This document shows positions 10,124 through 18,157 of a DNA stretch of 41,376 bases, one piece after another. Origin of the DNA: a virus (lineage: Duplodnaviria > Caudoviricetes); the IMG/VR virus record IMGVR_UViG_3300033067_001585, positions 1 to 41,376 of that record; one strand, given 5' to 3'. The first letter of the stretch is position 1, and every line of letters begins with the position of its first letter. Below the pieces are notes generated by a model. That model did not search any database. It was not told the DNA's origin and worked only from the letters and a program-made list of their open reading frames with translations. A program made the translations under genes and the position numbers.

Positions 10124-10840
10124 TTACATGCTGTTGTGTAGCCACCGCCCCGTGCTGCCATTCCACTGACAGGTGCAGGCGAGCGGTGTGCCTGGTGAAA
10201 AAATAGTTTTTGTAGATGCTCCGTCGGCGAATTTTTCGGATCCAGCCGGGTCTATCGTCACAGCGTAGTTGTCGGGGCCTACCTTGACGAATTCGAACCG
10301 CACGTTGTCGTTCGCCGCATTGCAGGGCGGCAGGTTGAGCGAGATGCCGGCCGATAGCGTATCCACGAACACCTGGTTGTATTCGATTCCGACGGTCATG
10401 CTCGTCGTGACTACATCGTACAGGTTAATTCCGTTCGGGAGCCACTGTGCGCCGGTCCACCGGAGCACCTGCCCCGTGGTCGCGCCAAGTTGGTTGAGCG
10501 TGCCGCTAATGGTTGTTGTGGTCGGGTCGTTCAGTACGGAGAAGCCGACGTCGCCGCTGCTGCTGAATACGAGCGTGTCGCGCTGGGCCACGGCGAGCGT
10601 GTCGTCTGCGATGACGTGTGCGCCCGCGCTATCCCGGAAAAAATCGTACACCGCCTTGGCCGTCGGCAAATGCCGGTGCGTGCTGCCTGCGGTGATCGCC
10701 ACCACGAAGCTATCCACCTGCGCCGTGCGCAACTGTAGCCGCTGCGTAGCGCGTAGCAGTTTTGCCACCACCTCGGCCGGTTGGGCCTGCCCTTGCAAGG
10801 CAGCGAATAGCAGGGCGGCGAGAATGAGTATCTTTTTCAT
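10124..10840 (-). CDS. Tail-fibre-like protein with signal peptide; C-terminal domain paralogous to 9044-10111
   Basis: ATG at 10840 gives MKKILILAALLFAALQGQA|Q; GQVLRWTGAQW motif; shared VTIDPAGSE..STKTI..CxCxWNGSTG. Confidence 0.7.
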   Translation of the reverse strand: MKKILILAALLFAALQGQAQPAEVVAKLLRATQRLQLRTAQVDSFVVAITAGSTHRHLPTAKAVYDFFRDSAGAHVIADDTLAVAQRDTLVFSSSGDVGFSVLNDPTTTTISGTLNQLGATTGQVLRWTGAQWLPNGINLYDVVTTSMTVGIEYNQVFVDTLSAGISLNLPPCNAANDNVRFEFVKVGPDNYAVTIDPAGSEKFADGASTKTIFSPGTPLACTCQWNGSTGRWLHNSM

Positions 10841-11253
10841 AGGATTAGGAGTGTGATCGTGACGGTGCCGGTGAGCGCCGAAAAGTGGATGGTCTTGCCC
10901 GTGGTGCCGCCGTACAACAGTGCACTGAACGTGCTCACGTCGCCGGCATCCACGATGCCCTCGTACACCAGTTCGTCGGTGCCGGATGACAGGCCAGCCT
11001 TGAATGCCTGCGCCGCGCTGCTCTGCACCGCTATGCCTACCAGCCATTTCCCGGCGGGCACGGTCATCGTGTGCGTAGCGGTGGCCACGGTAGCGGCCGT
11101 GTTGAATCCGATATTGGCCTTGATCCACGCCAACAGCGTCGCCAGCGTCACCTGGCTGGCAGCGGGAGCGCCCGAGTTCCCGGGGAATTGCAGCGGGAGG
11201 CGCGTATCGCTGTACACATTCGACAGCAGCGGAAATAGATGAACCTTCGCCAT
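10837..11253 (-). CDS. Small beta-rich structural protein
   Basis: About 138 aa from the ATG at 11253; stop overlaps the next start. Confidence 0.55.
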   Translation of the reverse strand: MAKVHLFPLLSNVYSDTRLPLQFPGNSGAPAASQVTLATLLAWIKANIGFNTAATVATATHTMTVPAGKWLVGIAVQSSAAQAFKAGLSSGTDELVYEGIVDAGDVSTFSALLYGGTTGKTIHFSALTGTVTITLLIL

Positions 11254-11258
11254 ATTCG

Positions 11259-12971
11259 TTAGGGCAGTTGCCACGCGATCTGAAGCGCATCAAACCAGAA
11301 ATCGCCGCTCGGCTCCTCCCAGGCGTCTGCGTCAGACCCCGATAGTTTTTTCGTGGAGAAATTTTTCATGTCGAGGCGCGGCCTGCACGCGAATTGATAG
11401 GCGTGCAGCGTCTCGTACGTATTGGTCACATCGAATCTGTTGTCGCTGATCTGGAGCGGTATGTACCCGTCGGCGCTCACATCGTATATCTCACCGGCGA
11501 GCAGCATTTCCTGCATCACTTCGGCGTCTGCCTTCCGGATGTAGCCGGTGCGGTACACCAGGCTTGGCACCGCCGACGCAGCGTACTGAAAACTATCGCT
11601 CGCCGTAGCGGCGTAGCCCGGCAGTAGCGGGCGGGTGGCCGTGGATCGTGCAACCTCCACGCGCTTGCCCCATTCGCCGGTGCAGCGGTGGGTTTCGGGC
11701 ACACCGAAACCGTTTAGGTATTGCACGTAGCGCGTGCTTTCGTAGTAGTCGCGGACGAGGTAGAACGTGCGCGGTTCGGACAGGTAATCGCCGCCGTCGC
11801 CCTCCCAGTCGCTGTTGTAATCAACCACGCGGATGGTGTACTTATACGCATCCGGGTTATCGGTGATGTTGATTTCGGAGATGATCCGGCGCAGGTTTGC
11901 AGGGACCACAGCCGCGTGTTTCGCCGGCACCACGAGTGGCGTAGTACCCACAAAAAACAGGGGCGTTTTCGCCGCGCCGCTATACACATCGTACATAATT
12001 ATCTCGATCAGTACCGTCTGCTCGGCCCCGGTGTGGTTGTACCAGGTGAGGTACTCCGGCGAATCCAGCGAAACACGGCGCCCGTCGGGCATCCACGTCA
12101 GGAAAGCATCGGTTTCGTCCAGCGTGCTTAAGTATCCGAAAAATCCGGCCTCCTTGTGTACCGCCTGGCTCACGCCGCCATCCATCGCCAACGCCACATC
12201 GGTGTATGTCCACGGCTGCACCACTGCGGGCGCACCGTACTCTTCGGTGAAGCGTATGTAGTAGTTCCGAAGGTTGTCGGCTACGTACGGGTCTTCGGTG
12301 CTCCACACAGGCACCAGCGGTTCCGTGCGGCTGGCTCGGCAATGTGCCGCGAGCACGCTGCTGATGTCGAAGTACATCAGGCCGTCGGCGGGATTTGGGT
12401 TGCCGGTCAGCTGTGCCACGCGGGTATAGTCGCCGCTGCCGTAGCCCGCCTCGAAGAATACCTCAACCAGCACCCGGTAATTTTCGGGCGTAGCGTCGTC
12501 CACGCCGTCGGTGTCTTGCGATACCGAGAAGCCGCCCGTGTTCGCTATTTCTACGGTCCACGTTACGTCCGTGTCGCGGGCCGTGAGGCGTATCGTCAGT
12601 TGGCCGAGTATAGTAACCGCTTCGCCGGTAAAAAATGGCGCAATGCGCGGGTGTCCACCCACGATTTCGGCCACACGCGCCCAGTAGGCTGCGCCGGTAC
12701 CGGCCCACGAGTTGTCCGGCAGTTCGTCCACCGCATCTGGCGATGCCACGGCCGTGAATTCGACCGATGTAGCGGATCCGTCCGGCTCCGTATAGTCCAC
12801 GGTCATGGTGCCGCCGGTCGAGAATCTGCCCGCTGTGGTCACGTCCATGCGGGCACTTACTCCCTGCGCTGCGTACAGGTCGCCGCCGGCCTGCGCTGCC
12901 TTCAGGCAGAGCACCACCGGATTGCGAGCGAGTACGATGTCCGCAGGTTGTTCGATTATCGTGAGCGCCAT
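11259..12971 (-). CDS. Distal tail / baseplate-region protein
   Basis: 570 aa; C-terminal YLNGFGVPET..G motif seen in Bacteroidota phage tail proteins. Confidence 0.6.
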   Translation of the reverse strand: MALTIIEQPADIVLARNPVVLCLKAAQAGGDLYAAQGVSARMDVTTAGRFSTGGTMTVDYTEPDGSATSVEFTAVASPDAVDELPDNSWAGTGAAYWARVAEIVGGHPRIAPFFTGEAVTILGQLTIRLTARDTDVTWTVEIANTGGFSVSQDTDGVDDATPENYRVLVEVFFEAGYGSGDYTRVAQLTGNPNPADGLMYFDISSVLAAHCRASRTEPLVPVWSTEDPYVADNLRNYYIRFTEEYGAPAVVQPWTYTDVALAMDGGVSQAVHKEAGFFGYLSTLDETDAFLTWMPDGRRVSLDSPEYLTWYNHTGAEQTVLIEIIMYDVYSGAAKTPLFFVGTTPLVVPAKHAAVVPANLRRIISEINITDNPDAYKYTIRVVDYNSDWEGDGGDYLSEPRTFYLVRDYYESTRYVQYLNGFGVPETHRCTGEWGKRVEVARSTATRPLLPGYAATASDSFQYAASAVPSLVYRTGYIRKADAEVMQEMLLAGEIYDVSADGYIPLQISDNRFDVTNTYETLHAYQFACRPRLDMKNFSTKKLSGSDADAWEEPSGDFWFDALQIAWQLP

Positions 12972-12977
12972 AGGTCG

Positions 12978-13538
12978 TTAGTCTGGATCGGGTATAGGTG
13001 TAAGGCCGTCGTCGCCCCACAACACGGGGTCGCAGGCGGTACTGATAATCTTTCGCCACAGGGTGAACTCGAACAGGAGCAACACGCCCGAGTAAGAACC
13101 ATCGAAGAGCGCGGGTAGCACCTCCATCGTTGGTTTCAGGTCGTCCACCTGATCCACAGAGGACCGGAATAGCGGATATCCATTGCGGCTATCGGACACG
13201 ATTCGTTCCAGGAACTCATCGGCCACGCGCTCGGCTTCGGCCATCGCGTCTATCACGTCGGTGTCGGTCGTCTCGCGGCGGCCGTGGTATTTCGCCACGA
13301 GCAGGCCGAGTTGATAGGATTTGCGGGCGTTGTTCGCCTCGCTGTGGTATTCGATACTGGGGAGTACCAGCCGCACCGCGAAGTCTTTCTCCTTCATGCC
13401 CGTGCGCAGCGCGCCGAAGGCATTATCCAGATCGCGCACCTCGAACACCCGCGCCCCCACCGTATCGGCATGCAGCAGCAAGGGGTGCTGCTCGCAGAGG
13501 TGTCGGAAGTAGGCCACAATGTCGTCGAGGTAGAACAT
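12978..13538 (-). CDS. Tail terminator / completion-like protein
   Basis: 186 aa acidic protein heading the tail block, directly after a promoter motif. Confidence 0.5.
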   Translation of the reverse strand: MFYLDDIVAYFRHLCEQHPLLLHADTVGARVFEVRDLDNAFGALRTGMKEKDFAVRLVLPSIEYHSEANNARKSYQLGLLVAKYHGRRETTDTDVIDAMAEAERVADEFLERIVSDSRNGYPLFRSSVDQVDDLKPTMEVLPALFDGSYSGVLLLFEFTLWRKIISTACDPVLWGDDGLTPIPDPD

Positions 13539-13543
13539 CGCTG

Positions 13544-13578
13544 CAAAAATGCGCGTGCCCGCCCCTTGTAGAAAGGAC
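13544..13578 (-). promoter_or_regulatory. Repeated phage promoter motif, copy 2
   Basis: GTCCTTT-N20-CATTTTTG, 5 nt before the ATG at 13538; embedded in a gcgcgtgcccg/cgggcacgcgc inverted repeat. Confidence 0.72.
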
Positions 13579-13610
13579 GGGCACGCGCCGTTTTTTGTAT
13601 GCTAAAAAGT

Positions 13611-14480
13611 CTAATTGCGGGGCGTCGTATTCAGGCCCGTGACGGTGAAATTCCACTTGTACGCAGTCGCATCGGATAACGCCGTGCCGGCTGCTTTCAG
13701 TGCGAAGGTCGTCGTGGTTAGTTGCTCCACGAATACCCGCGCCACGTGCGTAGCCGCGATGGTATTCCCGGGGGTAACGGTCACGAACATGGCATCGTAT
13801 GCGTGCGGTAGCGTCACCACGCACAGGTTGCCCGTCGTGGTGGCCGTGGTGCCGGTCGTCAGGGTGATAGCTCCGCTCGTAGGTCCGGCGGACATCGCTA
13901 CCGTCGGGCTGGCACCCGCTGCAGCGCCCGATGCAATCGTAGCTGCCGGGCCGATGATCTGTCCGGATCGAACGGCGTCGCGTTGCAGCACCGTGCGGAT
14001 CCAGATGAGCGCATTGCTCGCCGATACACTGTCCACCATGCTGGCCAGCGTGCCGCCCCAGATCGTGTTCTTACTTCGACCATGTACCACCTTCACGGTA
14101 GCGTCGGAGTTCTTGTACAGGAAGTTCACGCCCTTGCGCGGCAGGTAGTTCACCGGGTGTTGCAGCGTGTCGTACGGCACGCGGATGCAGTAGGCATCGA
14201 GCAAGGCGTGTTTCGCTGCCCAGCTGGATGCGCCGCTCATGGTTACCTCCGAGGTGTCGCCGCTGAACAGCGTTGTGCCGGATGCAGCATCGCGCACGGT
14301 GAAACCACCCGTGTAGGTGTTCTGGAAATACACGTCGTCGAGGGCGTAGAAGGTGCGCGTTTTCGCGCCGGCGGTGATGACTTCCACGCTGCTCGGTGTG
14401 ATCGTGAGGGTCTGTGCCTCGGCGGCAAATTGCCAGCCGAGCAGGACCAAAAGGAAAAGGGTTGTGAGGATACGGGTCAT
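13611..14480 (-). CDS. Secreted or virion-associated beta-rich protein with signal peptide
   Basis: MTRILTTLFLLVLLGWQFAAEA|Q; Thr/Ala-rich fibre-tip-like C-terminus. Confidence 0.65.
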   Translation of the reverse strand: MTRILTTLFLLVLLGWQFAAEAQTLTITPSSVEVITAGAKTRTFYALDDVYFQNTYTGGFTVRDAASGTTLFSGDTSEVTMSGASSWAAKHALLDAYCIRVPYDTLQHPVNYLPRKGVNFLYKNSDATVKVVHGRSKNTIWGGTLASMVDSVSASNALIWIRTVLQRDAVRSGQIIGPAATIASGAAAGASPTVAMSAGPTSGAITLTTGTTATTTGNLCVVTLPHAYDAMFVTVTPGNTIAATHVARVFVEQLTTTTFALKAAGTALSDATAYKWNFTVTGLNTTPRN

Positions 14481-14512
14481 TGTGACGAGTTTTTTTTGTT
14501 GAAAAATCGCCA

Positions 14513-14547
14513 CAAAAATGCCCGCGCACCCGCCCGGAACAAAGGAC
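14513..14547 (-). promoter_or_regulatory. Repeated phage promoter motif, copy 3
   Basis: GTCCTTT-N20-CATTTTTG upstream of the ATG at 14480. Confidence 0.7.
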
Positions 14548-14555
14548 GCGGGCGG

Positions 14556-14627
14556 CTACTGCGTGCGCAGTATCTGTGTCAATGCCCAGGCTAAAGCCAC
14601 GATGATGATGAAAACAAAAAAGTCCAT
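14556..14627 (-). CDS. 23-aa single-helix membrane peptide (MDFFVFIIIVALAWALTQILRTQ)
   Basis: Translated by hand; not in the ORF track; ATG lies 4 nt after a promoter motif copy. Confidence 0.55.
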   Translation of the reverse strand: MDFFVFIIIVALAWALTQILRTQ

Positions 14628-14631
14628 GCGG

Positions 14632-14666
14632 CGAAGGTGCGGCGCATGGACGTTGGTAAAAAGGAC
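14632..14666 (-). promoter_or_regulatory. Repeated phage promoter motif, copy 4
   Basis: GTCCTTT-N20-CACCTTCG. Confidence 0.6.
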
Positions 14667-14677
14667 GCGGGAAGTAT

Positions 14678-15037
14678 TCAATAATATCGTTTCGAAACCT
14701 CCGCCAACCCAGGCAGTACATTCATCAATGTAGCGACTGAACTATCACTACGATGCTGTTCAAGTGCTTTCATGATTGACTCCGCATTGAAATGCGGAGA
14801 GCCAAAAGCGTTGCAGACATCTTGCCCAAGATCATCACACCCTGGCGGGCGGTATCCTCGTTCACGCGCCCAGCGGTGCACCTTGTCGTAATTAATAACG
14901 GTCATACCTCTGGTTCCTGCAAGCCAGTGCCGAACCAATCGAGTGCCAATCCCGATATGCTGTTCCAGCCGGGCAATATTCAAGGTTTTCCCGAAGGCGA
15001 GAAGATACTCGCGTAGCGGATCATCATGCTGTATCAT
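14678..15037 (-). CDS. Helix-turn-helix DNA-binding protein (Cro/Aca-like)
   Basis: LNIARLEQHIGIGTRLVRHWLAG fits an HTH pattern; last gene of the moron operon. Confidence 0.55.
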   Translation of the reverse strand: MIQHDDPLREYLLAFGKTLNIARLEQHIGIGTRLVRHWLAGTRGMTVINYDKVHRWARERGYRPPGCDDLGQDVCNAFGSPHFNAESIMKALEQHRSDSSVATLMNVLPGLAEVSKRYY

Positions 15038-15558
15038 ACGCGAATGTGGTTATAAAGCGCAAGTATAGCTACGCGCGCTTCTTGTTTTTCGAAATCAAGC
15101 AATACTCCGTCACGCATGATCTTGCTGTATAGCGTGTTCGGGATCACCTTCGTGGGGTGCAGGCGCACATCTTTCAGCGCCGCGCTTAGGTTCTTATTCG
15201 TCGGCATATCTTTCGCAAGCCGAAGCTTGTTTCTGATTTCGGTCACTTCAGTCTTGAACGCGATGCGTTCGGCCTCTGTCATCCGATCTTTCCCGCGCTG
15301 CACATCGGCGCCTTTCTGGCCGAGCGTTCGAAATTTCGTAGAGGCTATTTCAGGCCGACCAAGTATTTCCCGGAAGCGCTGGTACTCTGGATCGCGGTCG
15401 TCAAGCCCTTCAGTATCGTCTCGGTCTTCACGAAGGTAATCACCTGGAATATGACCTCTATTTTTCCAGACTTTTTTCAAGCCTGCGGAGAGGCCGAACT
15501 CCGCGATGATTGCCGCTGCGAGTTCGTCTGTGTAAGGTATTTTTTCTTTTTTCTGCAT
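15034..15558 (-). CDS. Basic hypothetical protein, possible N-terminal HTH
   Basis: ATG at 15558; IIAEFGLSAGLKKVWKNRGHIP resembles an HTH. Confidence 0.55.
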   Translation of the reverse strand: MQKKEKIPYTDELAAAIIAEFGLSAGLKKVWKNRGHIPGDYLREDRDDTEGLDDRDPEYQRFREILGRPEIASTKFRTLGQKGADVQRGKDRMTEAERIAFKTEVTEIRNKLRLAKDMPTNKNLSAALKDVRLHPTKVIPNTLYSKIMRDGVLLDFEKQEARVAILALYNHIRV

Positions 15559-15625
15559 CTTTGCGGCGATCTTGAATTTTAGGTTTTTGATTGGGGTGCG
15601 GCCTGCCAGCCGCACCCCTGTTTTT

Positions 15626-15832
15626 TTACTTTGACATTCGACCCTTGTAGGCAATAAGGTCTGCGAGCCGCTCGCTATTTCGCTCAATCATTTTCGATGC
15701 GTCTGTAATAACTGCGGCAGTCAAGTCTTCATCCCACTTTCCTTGTTCGAATAATTTTTTTGCGCGGTCAATCGCGGCATGTTCAGCAGCTATACAGTCT
15801 TCGAGTAGTTTCTGCTTGTTCATCTTAGTCAA
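15626..15832 (-). CDS. Small helical hypothetical protein
   Basis: 68 aa, coupled to the upstream gene. Confidence 0.55.
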   Translation of the reverse strand: MTKMNKQKLLEDCIAAEHAAIDRAKKLFEQGKWDEDLTAAVITDASKMIERNSERLADLIAYKGRMSK

Positions 15833-16529
15833 GTGTGGGTTTAGCGAAAGACCAGAATGCAGCGCGGCGACCTACGACAACCTTGAATTTACCTGTCAGG
15901 TTTTGGATAGTCGGGTGAGTCCCTTGCAGGTGGATCATGTTGGGATTGATAGCATACAGGTCGCCGTTTTCGAGAATGCGATCTGCCATCAGGCGGTGCG
16001 ATTTTTCAAGAATAATTTCGGTGCCGCGCTCTTCGCCCTTTACGCTGCGAACAGGGATCATACACAGATCGCCCTGCCGAATCACCTTCGCGTAGTCAGT
16101 ACCGAAAATCCAATCTTGCACCGCCTTGACAACATCTTTACCGGCGCGAATAGCAGCGTGGATTTTAGATGCGCTTACCGGGTGTGCGAAATATGTAGCG
16201 TCTTCATTTTTCCCGATAAGGAAATACGACTTTCTAATTTCAGGGAACCGGTTCGCTTTGGCGCGATAGAATTCGCGCACCTGGATTACGCCGAGGAAAC
16301 CACCGTCGTGCAGATCGTAGCTCACGCCGTACCAGTCGTAGTTCATAGCTTGGAAGCGGCCTTTCTTATAGTTCGATTCAAGGATTCCGAATTCCCACCC
16401 GCCGTGCTCATCTACTTTCGCCGCGTTTTTTACGCCGGCCAAAAGCTCGGCGCATTTAAGCCGAATGTCTTCCGGCATTTTGGTGATCTCGTTGAAAGTT
16501 CCGCGGGATACTTCAATTGCGTTTGTCAT
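15825..16529 (-). CDS. Hypothetical phage protein with RQGD motif
   Basis: 234 aa, first gene after a sigma-A-type promoter; RQGD and conserved-looking His residues. Confidence 0.7.
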   Translation of the reverse strand: MTNAIEVSRGTFNEITKMPEDIRLKCAELLAGVKNAAKVDEHGGWEFGILESNYKKGRFQAMNYDWYGVSYDLHDGGFLGVIQVREFYRAKANRFPEIRKSYFLIGKNEDATYFAHPVSASKIHAAIRAGKDVVKAVQDWIFGTDYAKVIRQGDLCMIPVRSVKGEERGTEIILEKSHRLMADRILENGDLYAINPNMIHLQGTHPTIQNLTGKFKVVVGRRAAFWSFAKPTLD

Positions 16530-16600
16530 GATCTGAAAAAATTAGGTTGTGAATGTTATCCGGCTGCCACCGGAGCCATCGCTTCATCGCTTTGACCCCA

Positions 16601-16641
16601 CAAAGTTACACGGCTTTTTTTATTGGTCAATACATTGACCA
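16601..16641 (-). promoter_or_regulatory. Bacteroidota sigma-A -7 element with upstream palindromic operator
   Basis: TAACTTTG at 16608-16601; perfect inverted repeat TGGTCAAT-ac-ATTGACCA at 16624-16641. Confidence 0.65.
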
Positions 16642-16671
16642 TCTTTTTTTAAGATTTATTTTTTTACCAAC

Positions 16672-16706
16672 AAAAAAGCCCCGCCGTGGCCGAACCACTA
16701 CGGGGC
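16672..16706 (-). terminator. Intrinsic terminator
   Basis: gccccg..cggggc stem followed by a T-run on the minus strand. Confidence 0.65.
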
Positions 16707-16712
16707 AAGAAT

Positions 16713-16931
16713 CGCCGAAGCGAATAGCCTGCGGGACTACCGCAGGTGACAGTTATACTATGCCACCAGGCTTCGGATGGCTTGGAGTTATGAGCGACAA
16801 TAGACAGGGAGCATATATTACCTAGTCCGCTGGTATCCCCTTCGCTTTTCCCCATGCTAGGAATCCGGCCTTCGCATTGACTATTGTTGCTCATATCACC
16901 GCCGGAGCGAATAGCCTGCGGGACTACCGCA
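16713..16931. repeat. Two 32-bp direct repeats (16713-16744 and 16900-16931)
   Basis: cgccg(a/g)agcgaatagcctgcgggactaccgca, 31 of 32 identical. Confidence 0.9.
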
Positions 16932-17169
16932 ATTGACGTCGCGCAATATCCCGAAATCGAAAAGGATAAGTTTTCGAACCATCCCTTCCAATAATTACAT
17001 TTCTAAAATATCTAAGTGAAATAGATAGGTTTAGTGCGGATTTGCTAAGATCATCAAACCCATAGGCAGCGCGGTAAATATCAATTGGATGGAAGATAAC
17101 GCCTGTTTTTTGTGACAACTCCGAGGCAATTGGAGTTAATTTTTTAAGTTGCTCGCTAAACGTTTCCAT
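16924..17169 (-). CDS. Small hypothetical protein (AT-rich moron)
   Basis: 81 aa; stop codon lies inside the direct repeat. Confidence 0.55.
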   Translation of the reverse strand: METFSEQLKKLTPIASELSQKTGVIFHPIDIYRAAYGFDDLSKSALNLSISLRYFRNVIIGRDGSKTYPFRFRDIARRQLR

Positions 17170-17455
17170 GTTGTTGCGTTTTTTGACACATTGATATCAA
17201 TTCATTGTACGCATTTAAAGCGGCGTCGAATAATGACACCTCCTGAAAGTCAAATGTAACGCCCTTAAACGTATAGCGACACGACCAATAAAACTTCATT
17301 CCTATCGGCGGCGGGAACGGAACTTCAATTAACTGTATTGTCATTGGTTCCCTTGTCAAGGTTTCGATTTTACTTACCATCTCTTGGATTGCGATATCCA
17401 CTGGTATTTTTGAATCAAAACACGGATAATAGTTTGTTAAAGTAGATGACTGCAT
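17156..17455 (-). CDS. Small hypothetical protein (AT-rich moron)
   Basis: 99 aa from the ATG at 17455 (MQSSTLTNYY); the upstream part of the track ORF overlaps the endolysin and is likely spurious. Confidence 0.55.
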   Translation of the reverse strand: MQSSTLTNYYPCFDSKIPVDIAIQEMVSKIETLTREPMTIQLIEVPFPPPIGMKFYWSCRYTFKGVTFDFQEVSLFDAALNAYNELISMCQKTQQHGNV

Positions 17456-17469
17456 AGTTATCGTTTTTT

Positions 17470-18144
17470 TTACAAAGCTACGCCCATCGGCTGAAACCTC
17501 CAAACCTTCCCACCATCCAGCACCGCCGCCGAAAACAAAAAGGAGGGGTTCTGTACAAAGCGCGGGTCCGTTTTCAGCATGCCAATAAAATGCAGGTGGT
17601 CGTCCCAGTTTAGCCGCACGAGGCAGCCTTCGCTCCAGGTGCCTACGAGGCGGGCGATCATACCGGGCCGGGTGCCGTGCTGATTGATCCCGCTGGCTGG
17701 CATAAGCAAGTCGCCGGGGCGTTTCCCGTCGCGGTTGCGGTCGCGGTGTACCAGCATGGTGGCGCGTTGCACGAGCGCCGGGTGTGCCGGGTTGCTCTTG
17801 TGGAATCCCATCTGCCAGCACGATTTGTACTGCGTGAGCTGTACCCGCGCTACCCCGCCCAGCAGGCGGGCGCGCTGTGCCATCGTGGCGGCGTAGCCCG
17901 GCTCGGTGGTACACACCGCGCGGTGTACGATCTGCGGTTGACCTGCGTCATCGAACTCGATGAGCAAGCCCAGATCGTTGAAGCGGTCTGCCTCGTCCGC
18001 GTTCGGCGTGCCGTCGAGGTCGGCACCCTCCACATAGACGATATTCAATTCGTGCGGTCCACGGGCTATCTCGTAGCCCAGCGATTCCATGTATGCGATT
18101 ATTCGTTGTGCGTATGTCATAGGTTTATATTTATCATTCATCAT
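17470..18144 (-). CDS. Probable endolysin (L,D-transpeptidase-like Cys/His peptidase)
   Basis: NIVYVEG..N....FND, TTEPG and GINQHG...WSEGC, an HxxxSxGC-type catalytic motif. Confidence 0.65.
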   Translation of the reverse strand: MMNDKYKPMTYAQRIIAYMESLGYEIARGPHELNIVYVEGADLDGTPNADEADRFNDLGLLIEFDDAGQPQIVHRAVCTTEPGYAATMAQRARLLGGVARVQLTQYKSCWQMGFHKSNPAHPALVQRATMLVHRDRNRDGKRPGDLLMPASGINQHGTRPGMIARLVGTWSEGCLVRLNWDDHLHFIGMLKTDPRFVQNPSFLFSAAVLDGGKVWRFQPMGVAL

Positions 18145-18157
18145 TCCTCATTCATCA

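Noticed and set aside
9044-10330. Diversity-generating retroelement suggested by similar fibre C-termini
   Set aside because: No reverse transcriptase in the window, both copies are coding, and differences are not adenine-specific
16713-16931. CRISPR mini-array
   Set aside because: Only two repeats, a 155-bp interval far longer than a spacer, and no cas genes
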